From: Gonapodya sp. JEL0774
Lineage: Eukaryota
NCBI GenBank assembly: GCA_027604505.1
Contig: JADIIX010000183.1
Span: forward strand, 1 to 36,220
Direction of reading: 5' to 3'
Length of the DNA: 36,220 bases
The notes under the pieces are model-generated. The model made no database searches, was not told the DNA's origin, and saw nothing but the letters and a program-made list of their open reading frames with translations. The position numbers and the translations under genes are program-made. Within the stretch, counting starts at the first letter, position 1. Every line of letters starts with the position of its first letter. Shown in pieces: positions 1 to 10,866 of the stretch.

Positions 1-609
1 CGAGTCCTTGCTCTGGCGTACTCACCTGACCAATAGAGTCTGCTCACGTGGAGAGACTGGTCAGGAGCACCGCACTATAACACGTGCGGCTAATCTACTT
101 CTACCGTGTGACCCTTGCACTTCCCATGGGGGTGACATAGTCCGGCACTCTCCAGACGCGTCCACAGTAGCTGGCTCGGGCACACAGCTCCCACTCTGTC
201 AACTGGGATGCGGTGCACACATCTCCCCAACACATGGTTACCTACAGATTTTGAGCGTCGGGAGTTTTGCTTATATTATCTCGCAATGGTGCCACCAGGC
301 TGCTAAGTGTCACAGCAAAAGAATGCGTGAAGATATGCAGAATGATCCATTACTGGATTAGGACTCACGTTCACGTTCACTCGGAGCTTGTTTCATCACG
401 AAGTGCCAGAGCATTTGATCCCTCTGGGCCCTCCCAACAGTTGTGGAATTTTTAGAAATGTGTAATTTGCTATTGACTATAGGTGTAAATTAGATGGTCA
501 ACTTCGCTATCCGTGATGACTGAACTCGTTCTCAAGCTCGCTATGTGTCCACGTCCACCTCCAACACCGCTGTCCACACACCTAGTATCTACAACCCCAC
601 CTGCCCCCA

Positions 610-3600
610 TCACAGCTCCACCACCACCGGTGCATCCTCATCATCCTCCTCCTCGTCCTCGCTGCTCCCCCGGTCCCTCTCCCCACCCACCACGTACCCA
701 ACCACCCCGTCATCCTCATCCTCATCCTCGTCGTCGTGCGCCCGATCCGGATCTATCATCCCACCCCCACCCCACCTGCCCCGCCCCGTCTTGTTCACTC
801 GGCCACCTCCACCTCCACTTCCACCCGCGATCAACGCCCTCACCCGCCGATCTTCTCTTTGCCGTCCCCTTGCCACGTCGGCCTCGATATCCCAGCCGAA
901 CCTGTCCCTCAGTGCGTTGAGAAGCGTTGTGACGGACGTGAGGAGTGGGGAGACGGGGGTGGCCGGGTGGGAGGGTGGGGGCGACGAGGGGGTGGAAGTG
1001 GAAGCGGTACATTCCAACACGGTGATGTAAAACTCCTGATGCGAAAAAAAAAACGATGAGAACAGAAGTTTGATGCCCAAGGAAACGCGGTTTGTTAATT
1101 TGGAAACACCATAGCTAAAAATCGCTTCACTTGTCGGACCCACCTTGATCGCCTCCTTCAACCTATTCCCCATACCCTTCCTCCTCCTCCTACTGCTCGC
1201 AGTAGCCGTCGCACCATGCTTACTTGCACCACCTGCACCTCCCTCTGTGTATGCGCTCCCCGCACCACCTCCAAGCGGTCCCGCCATACTCACGGTTCCG
1301 CCAAACTCCTCCGAAAACTCCTCGGGCATACAACTGGTTTGCGCGGTGAGTATCTCCGCGAATGAGGTGAAGAAGGCCACGTCGGGGACGGGAACGGGGA
1401 CGGATGGAGCGGTTCCCCCGACTTCGCCTTGCCCCCCCATAGCGGCCCCCACAGCATCCCTCACGGCCTCTTCCGCCCTTGCGACCATCTCGACCAAATT
1501 CCCATAGTGCTCGAACCCGTCAAAGATTCCCGCAGGGTAAAATAACAGAAACGTGAGCTCCATCTCGGCCAGCAACCCCTCGTACTCCCCGCGCAAGTGG
1601 GTCGCCACCACATGCCGCAGGAGCCAGGATTTGTCGAGGGAGTAGACGGTGCGGTCGCGGCCTGTGGCAGTCGGAGGGAAAGACTTGCGCAGGTCGAAGG
1701 GGAGGAAGTGGAGGGGAAGGTCGGAGTCCAGAGCGGGGGCGCCGCGGGAGAGGGAGGAGGAGGGGCCACCAGAGGGTGGGGTTTCGCCTTCCGGGGCCGT
1801 GTCGCGGGGTTTCCCCCACACTGTCCGTCCCCGCCCCGCCACCGTTGCCGTCCCCGTTCCCTCGTGGGCACCCGGACCGGCACCGCCCACCACGGTGCCC
1901 CCCTTCCCCGCACCCATATCAACGTCTGAATAATACGAGCTCGTGACCATCCCCGACACCTTCCCCTGGGCCGGAACGACCCTCCTCACCGTGTCCTGGT
2001 CCACGTGGCGCGTGAGGTGGCGCCACATCGGCGCCAGCGAGGGGTCGTTCTCGTCCGAGTCGGCCGAGGGGTGCGCGACGCGGGGATCGTCGTCGTCAAA
2101 TGTGGGGTGGAGGGAGGGGTTACGGGGTGGGGGGATGGGGAAGGGGTCGGTGGTGGTGGTGGTCGCGACGGGGGGGGGGGAGGGTGGGGAGGTGGGTGCG
2201 GGTGGTGGGGGGGTGGGGTAGGCGCCGAGGTTGGGGAGGATAGAGGGGAGGTCTTGAAAAGGTCCAGTGTTGGGGAGTCGGCGAGAGGAGGCGATTTTCG
2301 ATTGTGGTGCAGGTGGCAGAAGGGCGCAGAGGTGGGTGATTGGTAGGGGATATGAGAGTACATGAGCGATTGAGTGATTGAGTGACTTCTTTTCCCACAG
2401 CCGTCGGGACTATCTCGCACCGGCCGACCGTCCAAGTCATCGCTCAACGTCTCTAAATAAATGACGCCGGATCATGTCCAGGACACTTTCCTGCCACTGA
2501 CAAACACAAACACACGCAAAAAAACAATACCGCCCCCTCCACCCCCTTCCAGCGCCGCCACACGTACTCACTTTGTTTGACTCTGTCCACCACCTCCGGG
2601 TCCAGGTCGTGTTCGCGAAGGAGGTCTTCGGATTGTGCGTGCCATTTGGTGACCAGGATCTGAGGTGGGATGAAGGTGGGGAAGAGAAAGCGGAAAACGT
2701 AAGTGAAGGGGAAAGGAGAAAAAAGAGAAGTGAGAGGTAGTGGGGAGATGGAGGGTTTGGGCGAGGGCGATGGGAGGGCAGGTTTGTGCCGGCTCTTGCC
2801 TCCCAAACCCATACACCGGCCCAAGCTTCCTTAACATTCTCACGGTTATCACACGTCGATCGCATAAACACACCAAGGTCATTTGAGTCAAACTTCACTC
2901 TTTGGCCACGCTGAGGCTGAAGGCTAATCGCCTCTGGCCTCTCGGGAGATAAACCTTCGCTATGACTCGCGTGAGGCTTCCGACCGGCCAGGAAAAGGTC
3001 ACATCGCTTCTGGAGTGTGAACCACCTCATCACGCTTGTGTGTGTGTCATGACGAGGCAACCGGTGCAATTGTACACCAACAGCGGACGACCCCCAGCAC
3101 GCTGGACACGCATAAAACACACGCCCACTGCTAACCTCATTCCTCAATTGGCAATAAGTGGACGTACCTGCCCAGGGTGGAAAATTTCAAAGAAACCTGT
3201 TCTGACCGGAGCGTCACCAAACTGCGAGAGAGCACTTCCGGGGTGAGTGGGTTGAGCGGGGTTAGACGAAAAGAATTGGGGAAGAAACAAGTTATTCCAT
3301 GGGGTTCTGAAGAGGGGGCAGGCAGGATGCAATCTGCATACCCGTAGTGGACAAAGTGGAGTCCAGGCGGGAGCAGCCCAATTCCCATGAAACGTTTTCC
3401 TGTGTGCCATTGGAAGAAATCGACACCAAAAGACATCGAGATGGGCGGGTTCAGAACGACGATGCAGGCGGCTGGGGGAAAAGAGTGGGAAGAGTGGGTG
3501 GGGTGTTGGGAGGGGGAAGGTGGCGACAGAGGGGAAGGGAGAGCTGACGTCAGAGTCTCGTGAGTGCACAAACAATGTGGCACATGAACGTCGCACTTGA

Positions 3601-3627
3601 CGCGTGTGATTGATTTGATGCCTCCAT
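610..3627 (-). CDS. AAR2: AAR2 (U5 snRNP assembly / A1 cistron-splicing factor), 6 exons
   Basis: Exons 3627-3597, 3471-3342, 3234-3168, 2659-2572, 2252-1144 and 1035-610 join in frame at GT-AG junctions. N-terminal AAR2 motif ACIVVLNPPISMSFGVDFFQWHTGKRFMGIGLLPPGLHFVHY, then APVRTGFF and NLGAYP. C-terminal domain LPFDLRKSFPPTATGRDRTVYSLDKSWLL...LLAEMELTF, and the typical acidic end EDDEDAPVVVEL. Confidence 0.93.
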
Positions 3628-3993
3628 TGCACCTCAAGACTGTCGGTGTGTGTTACCCATAATGCGAAGCCCTGCACCCGATATTTTGTATTGGTTCGGT
3701 TGGACAACCAATGAAAACCATGATACAAACATATCACACAAACAAATCCTTCAGAGCTCGCTGTTTAATTTTGTGGTCGCATGGAAGTCCCTGGTGAGAT
3801 TGCTGGACTTTGCTATCAGCGTAATTACATAAGGGCGAACTGTCTTCTTCGCCTGTTGGGCCGATCTCCCGTGTATGAGAGGTCATTAATAGAAGAAACT
3901 TGTATTCATGGGTACACATGATGACGTCATTCCCCACTCCTCTATAACTTCCCCACCCTCCTTTCTTATGCTGTTCCTTCGCGCAGGGGTGGT

Positions 3994-4563
3994 TTAGCTG
4001 TCTGCAAGATGAGTGATCCTCTCCAGGCATGAGTTTGTCCCGGCTCCATACTCAACAAGTGTACTACCAACGTGCCCACTAACTGCAAATGTTCCCAGAA
4101 ACAGCACCATAGCAAATGTGACGAAAATGTACAACAAGGGCTCCTGGCGCGCAATCGGGTTGTCCAGGCCGCCAGCATACTCCACAACTCGGTAGACGGA
4201 ACGAATCTTAGGATGGGTAGAGATGCCGTGTGCATGGCCCCCTTTGCCGAAGTCAAAGTGCCAGAAACGCACAAGGAATACTACGGCTCTAGCAATGACT
4301 ATTCTCCCCCAGTGATCGCTGTCCCTCCACCGTCTGCAGGATTCCACAACCGGGGCCACGGGGAGGAAAACAAGCATTGACAACAGTTGGACCGAGAGGC
4401 CTACCACCAATACCAAACGGCCGGACTTGAGGAGTTCAGGATTATTGGTACTAGCACGGAGGACAGAGCTTGCTGATGACAGGAGGAGGAACGATAGAAC
4501 ATCGCTTGCAACAAAGATCCGAGTAATGAAGCGCGCAGGAATTGGGGATGCGGGGTCATCCAT
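3994..4563 (-). pseudogene. RTA1-like (RTA1/RSB1 lipid-exporter family) membrane protein, C-terminal half only
   Basis: Family motifs FITRIFVASDVLSFLL, GRLVLVVGLSVQLLSMLVF and IRSVYRVVEYAGG...QEPLLYIF. In-frame GT-AG intron at 4207-4272. The N-terminal helices are not found upstream. Confidence 0.75.
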
Positions 4564-5215
4564 CCTTGCGACACTTCAGGACATGAGTTAGGCATGGTGG
4601 AGTGCAAATCTACGGTGCTTCACTGTCTCAAATCTTCAACTTGAATTGCAAAGGAGTATGAAATTGAACGCTTTTTTATTTTGCGCTGTTGCAGAGGTGT
4701 ATGTTCCTTCAACTTACACAGAGAGAAACGACTGGAGAACACGTGTAGTGATCACCTGTATGTGGTGTCACCGTGACAATCCCGTGGGTCCAAGCTGTAT
4801 CAGTGTATTCGTAATGTAAATTCTCCTATAATACATATATCGCACTATCTACGTACTACTGTGGTCAAGTGGTTGTGGTATGTTTGGGCTCGATTGTTTG
4901 TGCACGCAAGAAAGTAGTGATTTTTCGTGACACCAAAAAACCCAGCAAACTCTTCTCTAAATTACAAGAGAGTCTGGTTCCATGGTCTATGCACATCGCA
5001 ATCGGCAGTGGCACAAATGGTGCGGAATATGAAGAAAAATGACACGTTTTCGGGAGTAAGACTTTTGAGCCCCTTTCAGGAACACTGTGGATATAATACG
5101 AACAGCAACACCTTCTTTGCACCGCCATTACAAAACTTTATCCCTCCCTCTCCAAGAGCGTTCCCGGGGCCATGAAGTTCTGCTTGGACTCACATACACC
5201 CAGATTTCTTGTGAT

Positions 5216-7072
5216 CTAGCACGACCTTCCCACAAACACACTGAAAGCGGCAAGAAGGAACGCGACAACTTCGTGAGTCACCAAGTTGCGTCCGCGTCGA
5301 TAGTGAACATTTAACATCTCTCCGGCAGACCACAACATAAGTGCAGTCACCTCCAAGGTGATCTGTTCGGTGGTTGTAACACGATGAATGCTAGAAAGAG
5401 GAAGTGCCTCGAGCGACGTCAATAAATTTACCTGGGAAACACGATTCTGCAAGCCATCCCACATATTCCAGGCGGCGAGTGCAATTGTGATTGCCAGAAA
5501 AAAGTATTCGAAAGTCGTAGGTTTTCCAGTAGTAACCTCTTCGACTCTCGGAGCAATGGCATGGTACACTTGTGTCTTCTGCTTCCACAAAACGACTGGA
5601 ATCAACCCAGACAAGCCCAGTACAATGGCAATGACTGCTTGAAGCGATCGTTGATTGTTGCAAACAAAATCCACACCAGGTCCCATCGCGACATGGTTAT
5701 CCCTTATGTTCACCCACACTGCGCTGACCGCAGCTAGTTCAGCCAAGCCAGAGATTCCAAGTGAGAGTACTGTCAGCCAAGGAGGGTACATTAACACCAC
5801 CGCCCACCATTCATCTCGTTCCTGCGATATGGAGAAAATTCGCACTTCTTGGATGGAGTCATCCACACATGGTACATCAATGAGGTAAACGCTCTGGGAT
5901 GACGTGAGAACTCGCCGTGCAGCAGTCAAGGAAGCCAGGGGACCCATTCCCAACAATGCGCTCAAAATACAAGCAAGACCTCCTTCAAGTCCCCGCCTCC
6001 ATATTCCTCCATACCAAGCAAAGGCTTTCTTTACTGAAAACGCCCCCTTTTCTCCCGTGTGCTGAGCGTGTTGCGTGGTGTAGCCGTTTACAACATCACG
6101 CACACGACAAAGCTGCATGATTCCCGTCAATGAGTCGCGACTGTAACCTGAAATCGCCAAGTGCCCATTTGCAATCAAATCGAGCGAGACCGCAGCGCTC
6201 TTGTAGGCTGCATACCGCTTCATGAGGTCTTCACAGAGATTCACCACGCGAGAGTCATCAATCTCGTTTGCGGGCACCTGAAACCTCTCTGCGATATTGT
6301 TTCTGTCCATGACCTGTGCAAGTGTCCTCGGACCCCGATTGACCGCGCGCCAAAGAAGCTCTGGTTCCAACTGAGGACCAAACGCACCACCATCCCACTC
6401 CTTGAGTTCCTTGCCCAAAGCTCTGCCCCACTTGTCAACATTTTTCTCCACCAGAGACTCCTCCACCAAAAACTCGTCCACGAATTTTAATAACTCGCTT
6501 CGTTTCCAATGTTTTATGACATGTCCAAATCCAGACTTGAAATAACGATTTTCTTCGCTCTCAATCAACCCATCCAAGTAGTCTTCTCCCCCACCTTGCA
6601 AATTCTGCAGCATTCCAAAAGTTCCATGTCCCCATCTCCCCTTGATGTTTTCTATTCTTCTCATAGCTTCTTCGTCCGTCGGGAGGGAACTGGTATGGTC
6701 AGTTTCAATGTCCGTTGGGAGAGCCTGGGTATGGTTGCTTGCCTTGACGTTGACCTCCTCAAGCCAGGCAATCATCCGACCCGCCCGAGTGTTGGAAAAC
6801 ACACCGCAGTCCGCAGAGGTGAGGTTCAATGATGATGGCATGGAATAACTGAGCAGTTTTAACAGTTCCGCAACCCCATTCTCGGCTCGTGTGCCGCCTC
6901 CACCAACGCGGGAGACGGCATTTGTCAACAGTCCGGCTGCCACCAAGGCATTGGCTCCGGAAGATGATGCCCCGTCCAGTGTCTCCGATACTTGCGCATT
7001 AGCGCGGAAAGCGAGGGCTTGAAGTGCAAAGGCACCTAGCGCTTGAGACATCACGGTCATTATTGTATCCAA
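5216..7072 (-). CDS. Uncharacterised intronless protein (about 610 aa) with several C-terminal transmembrane segments
   Basis: Uninterrupted 618-codon ORF with the first ATG a few codons in. Hydrophobic stretches include GLACILSALLGMG, WWAVVLMYPPWLTVLSLGISG, AVIAIVLGLSGLIPVVLW, YFFLAITIALAAW and VVAFLLAAFSVFV. No family recognised. Confidence 0.8.
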   Translation of the reverse strand: MDTIMTVMSQALGAFALQALAFRANAQVSETLDGASSSGANALVAAGLLTNAVSRVGGGGTRAENGVAELLKLLSYSMPSSLNLTSADCGVFSNTRAGRMIAWLEEVNVKASNHTQALPTDIETDHTSSLPTDEEAMRRIENIKGRWGHGTFGMLQNLQGGGEDYLDGLIESEENRYFKSGFGHVIKHWKRSELLKFVDEFLVEESLVEKNVDKWGRALGKELKEWDGGAFGPQLEPELLWRAVNRGPRTLAQVMDRNNIAERFQVPANEIDDSRVVNLCEDLMKRYAAYKSAAVSLDLIANGHLAISGYSRDSLTGIMQLCRVRDVVNGYTTQHAQHTGEKGAFSVKKAFAWYGGIWRRGLEGGLACILSALLGMGPLASLTAARRVLTSSQSVYLIDVPCVDDSIQEVRIFSISQERDEWWAVVLMYPPWLTVLSLGISGLAELAAVSAVWVNIRDNHVAMGPGVDFVCNNQRSLQAVIAIVLGLSGLIPVVLWKQKTQVYHAIAPRVEEVTTGKPTTFEYFFLAITIALAAWNMWDGLQNRVSQVNLLTSLEALPLSSIHRVTTTEQITLEVTALMLWSAGEMLNVHYRRGRNLVTHEVVAFLLAAFSVFVGRSC

Positions 7073-8088
7073 ATTTTGATTCCCTCTATTGGAAACATGA
7101 CAGACGGAGCGTGTTCACGCGGGGGGAGAAGTCGTTCAAGACACGACACACTCAAAACTATTCTGTCGCACTTTACTCACGAACGTATGATTTGTGTAAA
7201 TTGTCAGCGATTCGACCAACAGAGATGAAATCGCGCGGCTCTCCTCTCAACTTCGTAGGGGAACGCGGAAGAAGGAGGAGTGCTCTTCAAATGAGGAATG
7301 CGATGTAAACTGCAACCATCCGACTATCAGAGAATCGGAGGCGGAGACAGCGACTATGGGGCTACTCACTTCGAGTGGGAATGGGGGGGAGAGAATACGG
7401 GTATGTCGGGGGTTGGATTGGTGTGGATGGCAGAAGTCTTCAAAAAAAGGAAAGCTGGTTGACAGTTCTCAAACACTCCAAGAATCGGGAAGAAGGGGAG
7501 TCATTTCACATTTATTTCAATAACCAGTTTTGTAGTCGTAGATGGAACCAAGAAAGCCAATGTCGTTAACACGAGCCGATTCGAGGAGAATTTGACGTGA
7601 TGTGATGAAAAGACTCCACCGAACTTACATTGAGATATCATGGAAATGGTTGGATATGAACAACAGCGGCAGAACAGGTGACACCGACCCGATCCTGCCC
7701 TCGCCGCCACAGTCGCCGCACGGTCGTACAACAAAACGCATCAGTGTTAGAAACTAATTGCGGTCTACCATAGTCGCCTGACACTTTGGATCATTTTTCA
7801 GCACTGCATACAACCAAACGCGAAGATCACGAGCAAAATGAGCCGGTGTCACGGGAATACTCGCAGATGAAGAGATATAATGAGAAAACAGGTCTCGGAG
7901 TACGATCCGGGTGACGAATGTTTTGAGAAGTACTCCTTCTCCAATAAGATGATCGTATCCACGCTAATCTCACTTGCTGTTAATGTCATCACGGTCATGA
8001 ATCGCGCAACGCTCTGAATACATATCACATATTTGTACACATCCAAATGAGAAAAAAATCAGGCACCAATTGCGTCGTTCCCCTGAGC

Positions 8089-8370
8089 TCATAGTCCCTC
8101 CCCATCAACCAACCCCGCCCACCTCCGGCTCATTTCCCAAAAACCCCTCGCCGTCTCACCCTCTCTTGTCACCTCTGGCTTCCCCTCCTTATCCACGCTA
8201 CCTTTTGCATCATAGTGGCCCCAATCCCCCTTGGTTATTTTCCCGGCTGCCAGCAACGTTGCTGCATACAAGGGCGAGAGGGCACCTTGGTAGGCTGGAA
8301 GGGCACCGCCAATGGTGCGGACCCACCACATGTAGATTGGACCGAAAATTGGGGCGGTGTTCTTGCCGAG
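8089..8370 (-). pseudogene. Last exon of a short-chain dehydrogenase/reductase (retinol dehydrogenase/WWOX-like); upstream exons missing
   Basis: QGALSPLYAAT...GDWGHY...ETARGFWEMSRRWAG matches the GA.T.LY.AT / A..LW..S C-terminus of this SDR subgroup. AAG acceptor at 8371. A transposon end lies about 110 bp upstream, where the previous exon should be. Confidence 0.7.
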
Positions 8371-8481
8371 CTTTTTGTGTCGGTGCGGATGTTCGATGAA
8401 GTGGGGAGTTATGAGTGTATGCAAGTCGATGGGGCAAGCAACAGATTTGAAAGGATATCATAAGTAGTAGTCATTGTCAAC

Positions 8482-8655
8482 TCACGCTATGACGAACGTT
8501 CGAAAAGTTCGGGTTTGCTCGAAATTCGCCGAGCCGAGCCCGATCTCGAACTAAGATTTTTAGATACGATCTTTTTGTAGACGACCTCGAATTGAACTCG
8601 AACTTTAATTGCTCGAACTCGAACTTTGGGTTGCAGTTCGCGAACATGTTCGTTC
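8482..8655 (+). mobile_element. Orphan left end of a TIR DNA transposon (sister family of the 12477-13543 element)
   Basis: TCACGCTATGACGAA at 8482 is 14/15 identical to the TIR at 12477. It is followed by about 160 bp dense in GTTCGA/TCGAAC/GCTCGA subterminal motifs. No matching right end with the flanking 8-mer TTGTCAAC was found. Confidence 0.75.
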
Positions 8656-8803
8656 TCCTACTGTGTCAAACCACAACCAATGGGAATCCTTTTTCGCATT
8701 GTGATTCACAACATATGCAGCCTGGAACGCCGACACCATCATTCTCCGACCAGAGAATCGGAGTATCCTCGATAAGAATCAAATAATCAATATTCGTCGT
8801 GCG

Positions 8804-10000
8804 ATGTCCCACTTCTGCCGAATCAAAACGCGGATCTCTTTGATGCTTAAGAACTTCGACATGGGGTTTTTTGCAGGAGTCCTGGATATGAACACATACG
8901 ATCCTCTTGGAGCTGGGGAAAACACTGTCGTGTTTTCGGTTGAAACGAAACAACACAGGCCACAACCGGAAGGAGCTCACACTTATGCTGCCGCGACATC
9001 TTTTCTAGAAGAGCTTAGTCCTTCAGGTGGCCGTGAAATTGTCCACACACCAAATATCAAAATATTCGTGGAATGACACCGAGTTAAGGCAATACCACGA
9101 GAGAATACAGACACTCCCATTGGCCTCCCTGCACCCCGACGATGTCAAGCTGTTTGCCGCACAAGTTCCAATGGAGTTATTGGCCCTTATCGAGTTGCAC
9201 AGAGGGCTTCCACAACACTTTCCACAGCCAATGGGATTCGGCTTCGTGCGCCATGAACCAGACACCCCAGGGGGCCAGCGAGATGTTGGAACAAAAATCA
9301 TCATGGAGCTGCTCCAGGGAGATACCCTGAGAAATATCGTCGCGAAAGGTCAAGTCACTCTCGAACTCGCACACGCCTGTTTTGACCAGCTCCCTCGAAT
9401 TATGCAAGAGGTACACCGACTAGGCTGGACACACATGAACTTGACACTGGCAAACGCAATGATCAAGTGGTCTCCGCGACCCACAGTTGTTGTGAGCTTG
9501 GACTCCCTGTCGCTCCTGTTGAATTGTGAGTTGTGAAACGATATCTGATTTTCTTGATCTGCAGGTGTACAGTACAAAACTTGCCAAACCTTTACCACAT
9601 CATGCACCTATTCCTGCGTGGTATGAACAGGAAAACGGTGCGATGGATCGACAACCATCCGACAAGGTGCCCGATGTCAGGGATGCCTAAAATTTATTCG
9701 TAGATGAGCGAGCCGTGGGATTAATTCTGTACCTCATGGCGGGCGGGGACTACCCACTTTTCCTGAGGCAGCCCCAAGTTGGAGGAGTCCTCGCAGATGC
9801 TGAATGGGAAACAGTTGCAGCGTCTTTCAAGTTTCCAATTCCCAACGGTAAGAGCTACCTCTTCACTTTAATTTTCAGGTTAGCATATTTTTTTCTTCTT
9901 GGTAGGACAAGACAAGTGGCTTCGGTCGTTGATCAGCAATGATCCACTCCAATGTCCCCCGATTGAAACTTGGAATCTCCCAGCTGCCCCCGCCTTCTGA
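8804..10000 (+). CDS. Protein kinase-fold protein, probable pseudokinase, multi-exon
   Basis: Subdomains appear in order: LGAGENTVVF (Gly loop), VAVK, IIMELLQG, VHRLGWTHMNLTLANAMI, VYSTKLAK (DFG position), DERAVGLILYLMAGGDYP (IX) and LISNDPLQCP (XI). GT-AG introns near 9493-9564, 9638-9703 and 9848-9905 keep the frame. The first junction (about 8940-9010) and the start codon are uncertain. Confidence 0.7.
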
Positions 10001-10866
10001 ACTACGCCAGCTCACCATGAATGTGAGGTATCAACCGGCTTGTGTCGTGACAATCCATTTGAAGATATGCATGGGTGCTCAATCATCATACTCGAATTCA
10101 ATGTTGCATGGCACCTGTCCGTGTGAAAAATTTACATCACTTGCTCCGTTGTTCCTAAATTGTGGGTTATGCCACCCCACACAAAAATTGTGCGATCATC
10201 GTTTTAAATGCACACATGAAGCAAAAGAAGATCGATTTCTACATTGTAATACTTGGTTCCCGCAAGATCAGTCAACAGAGTTGTCGACCCGCCCGGGGCA
10301 CCGGCTGATCAAGTGATCATGTTTGCAGCTGATTAAGTTTGCGAAATGGTGGAAATGGCGTGCCCCGCTGGATTGACAGCCGACAGTCCGCCAGATCACA
10401 TTCTTCTTTGAGGAAAATGTGATCCTCTGGGAAGAAATTGGCCCCAAAGTCGACGATGGTGGGCAGTGGCCCCGTAATGATCGCTTTGAGACGTTGTAGA
10501 ATCGCTGTTGAGGGCCCCAGAAGTCTGTTGTGGTGGAGGCAGGGAGAACGCAACACGCCGGTATCAACATAACTTGCATAGTCTTATCTTGTGCTTTGCG
10601 TGGGTCTCCTGCTAGTGGTTAAATTATTTGTGTCGATCCGTTATGAAACTATAGCAGCTTTGGTGCACTACTGGACAGTAAAATTGGAAGCTTTGGCTTA
10701 TACGCTGGTCAGAGCTCCAAATCACACCAAGCGTGTCAGTGAAAGGAACACGAGACAAGGGCAAGGGAAGGACCCTCCCCCAAAGCTGACAATCGATACC
10801 GCGAGTGAGTTGGTCGGCAGTTCCGCCAAGAACCCATTACCGTCAATGATGACGGTATTTTGATCG

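Noticed and set aside
100..236. CARASYCGR on the minus strand as a MYND-finger remnant
   Set aside because: Too few ligands in one frame, and the region is cut by the window edge.
513..2346. Numerous Pro/His/Gly-rich ORFs on the + strand and in alternative frames
   Set aside because: Shadow ORFs of the GC-rich AAR2 coding sequence. The same applies to 30582-31291 opposite the coiled-coil gene.
2858..3011. Short matches to snRNA sequences as I recall them (GATCGCATAAA, U5-like; ATCGCTTCT, U2 5' end-like)
   Set aside because: Only 9-11 nt long. The U5 loop 1 (GCCTTTTAC), the U2 branch-pairing GTAGTA and the Sm sites are absent.
2660..3167. Fungal intronic TPP riboswitch
   Set aside because: The core CTGAGA and CTTGAT...AATNCNAGCG motifs were not found in the right arrangement, and AAR2 is unrelated to thiamine.
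8793..8812. TTCGTCGTGCG as a degenerate right TIR for the 8482 end
   Set aside because: It needs indels to align, lacks subterminal motifs, and the following bases do not reproduce TTGTCAAC.
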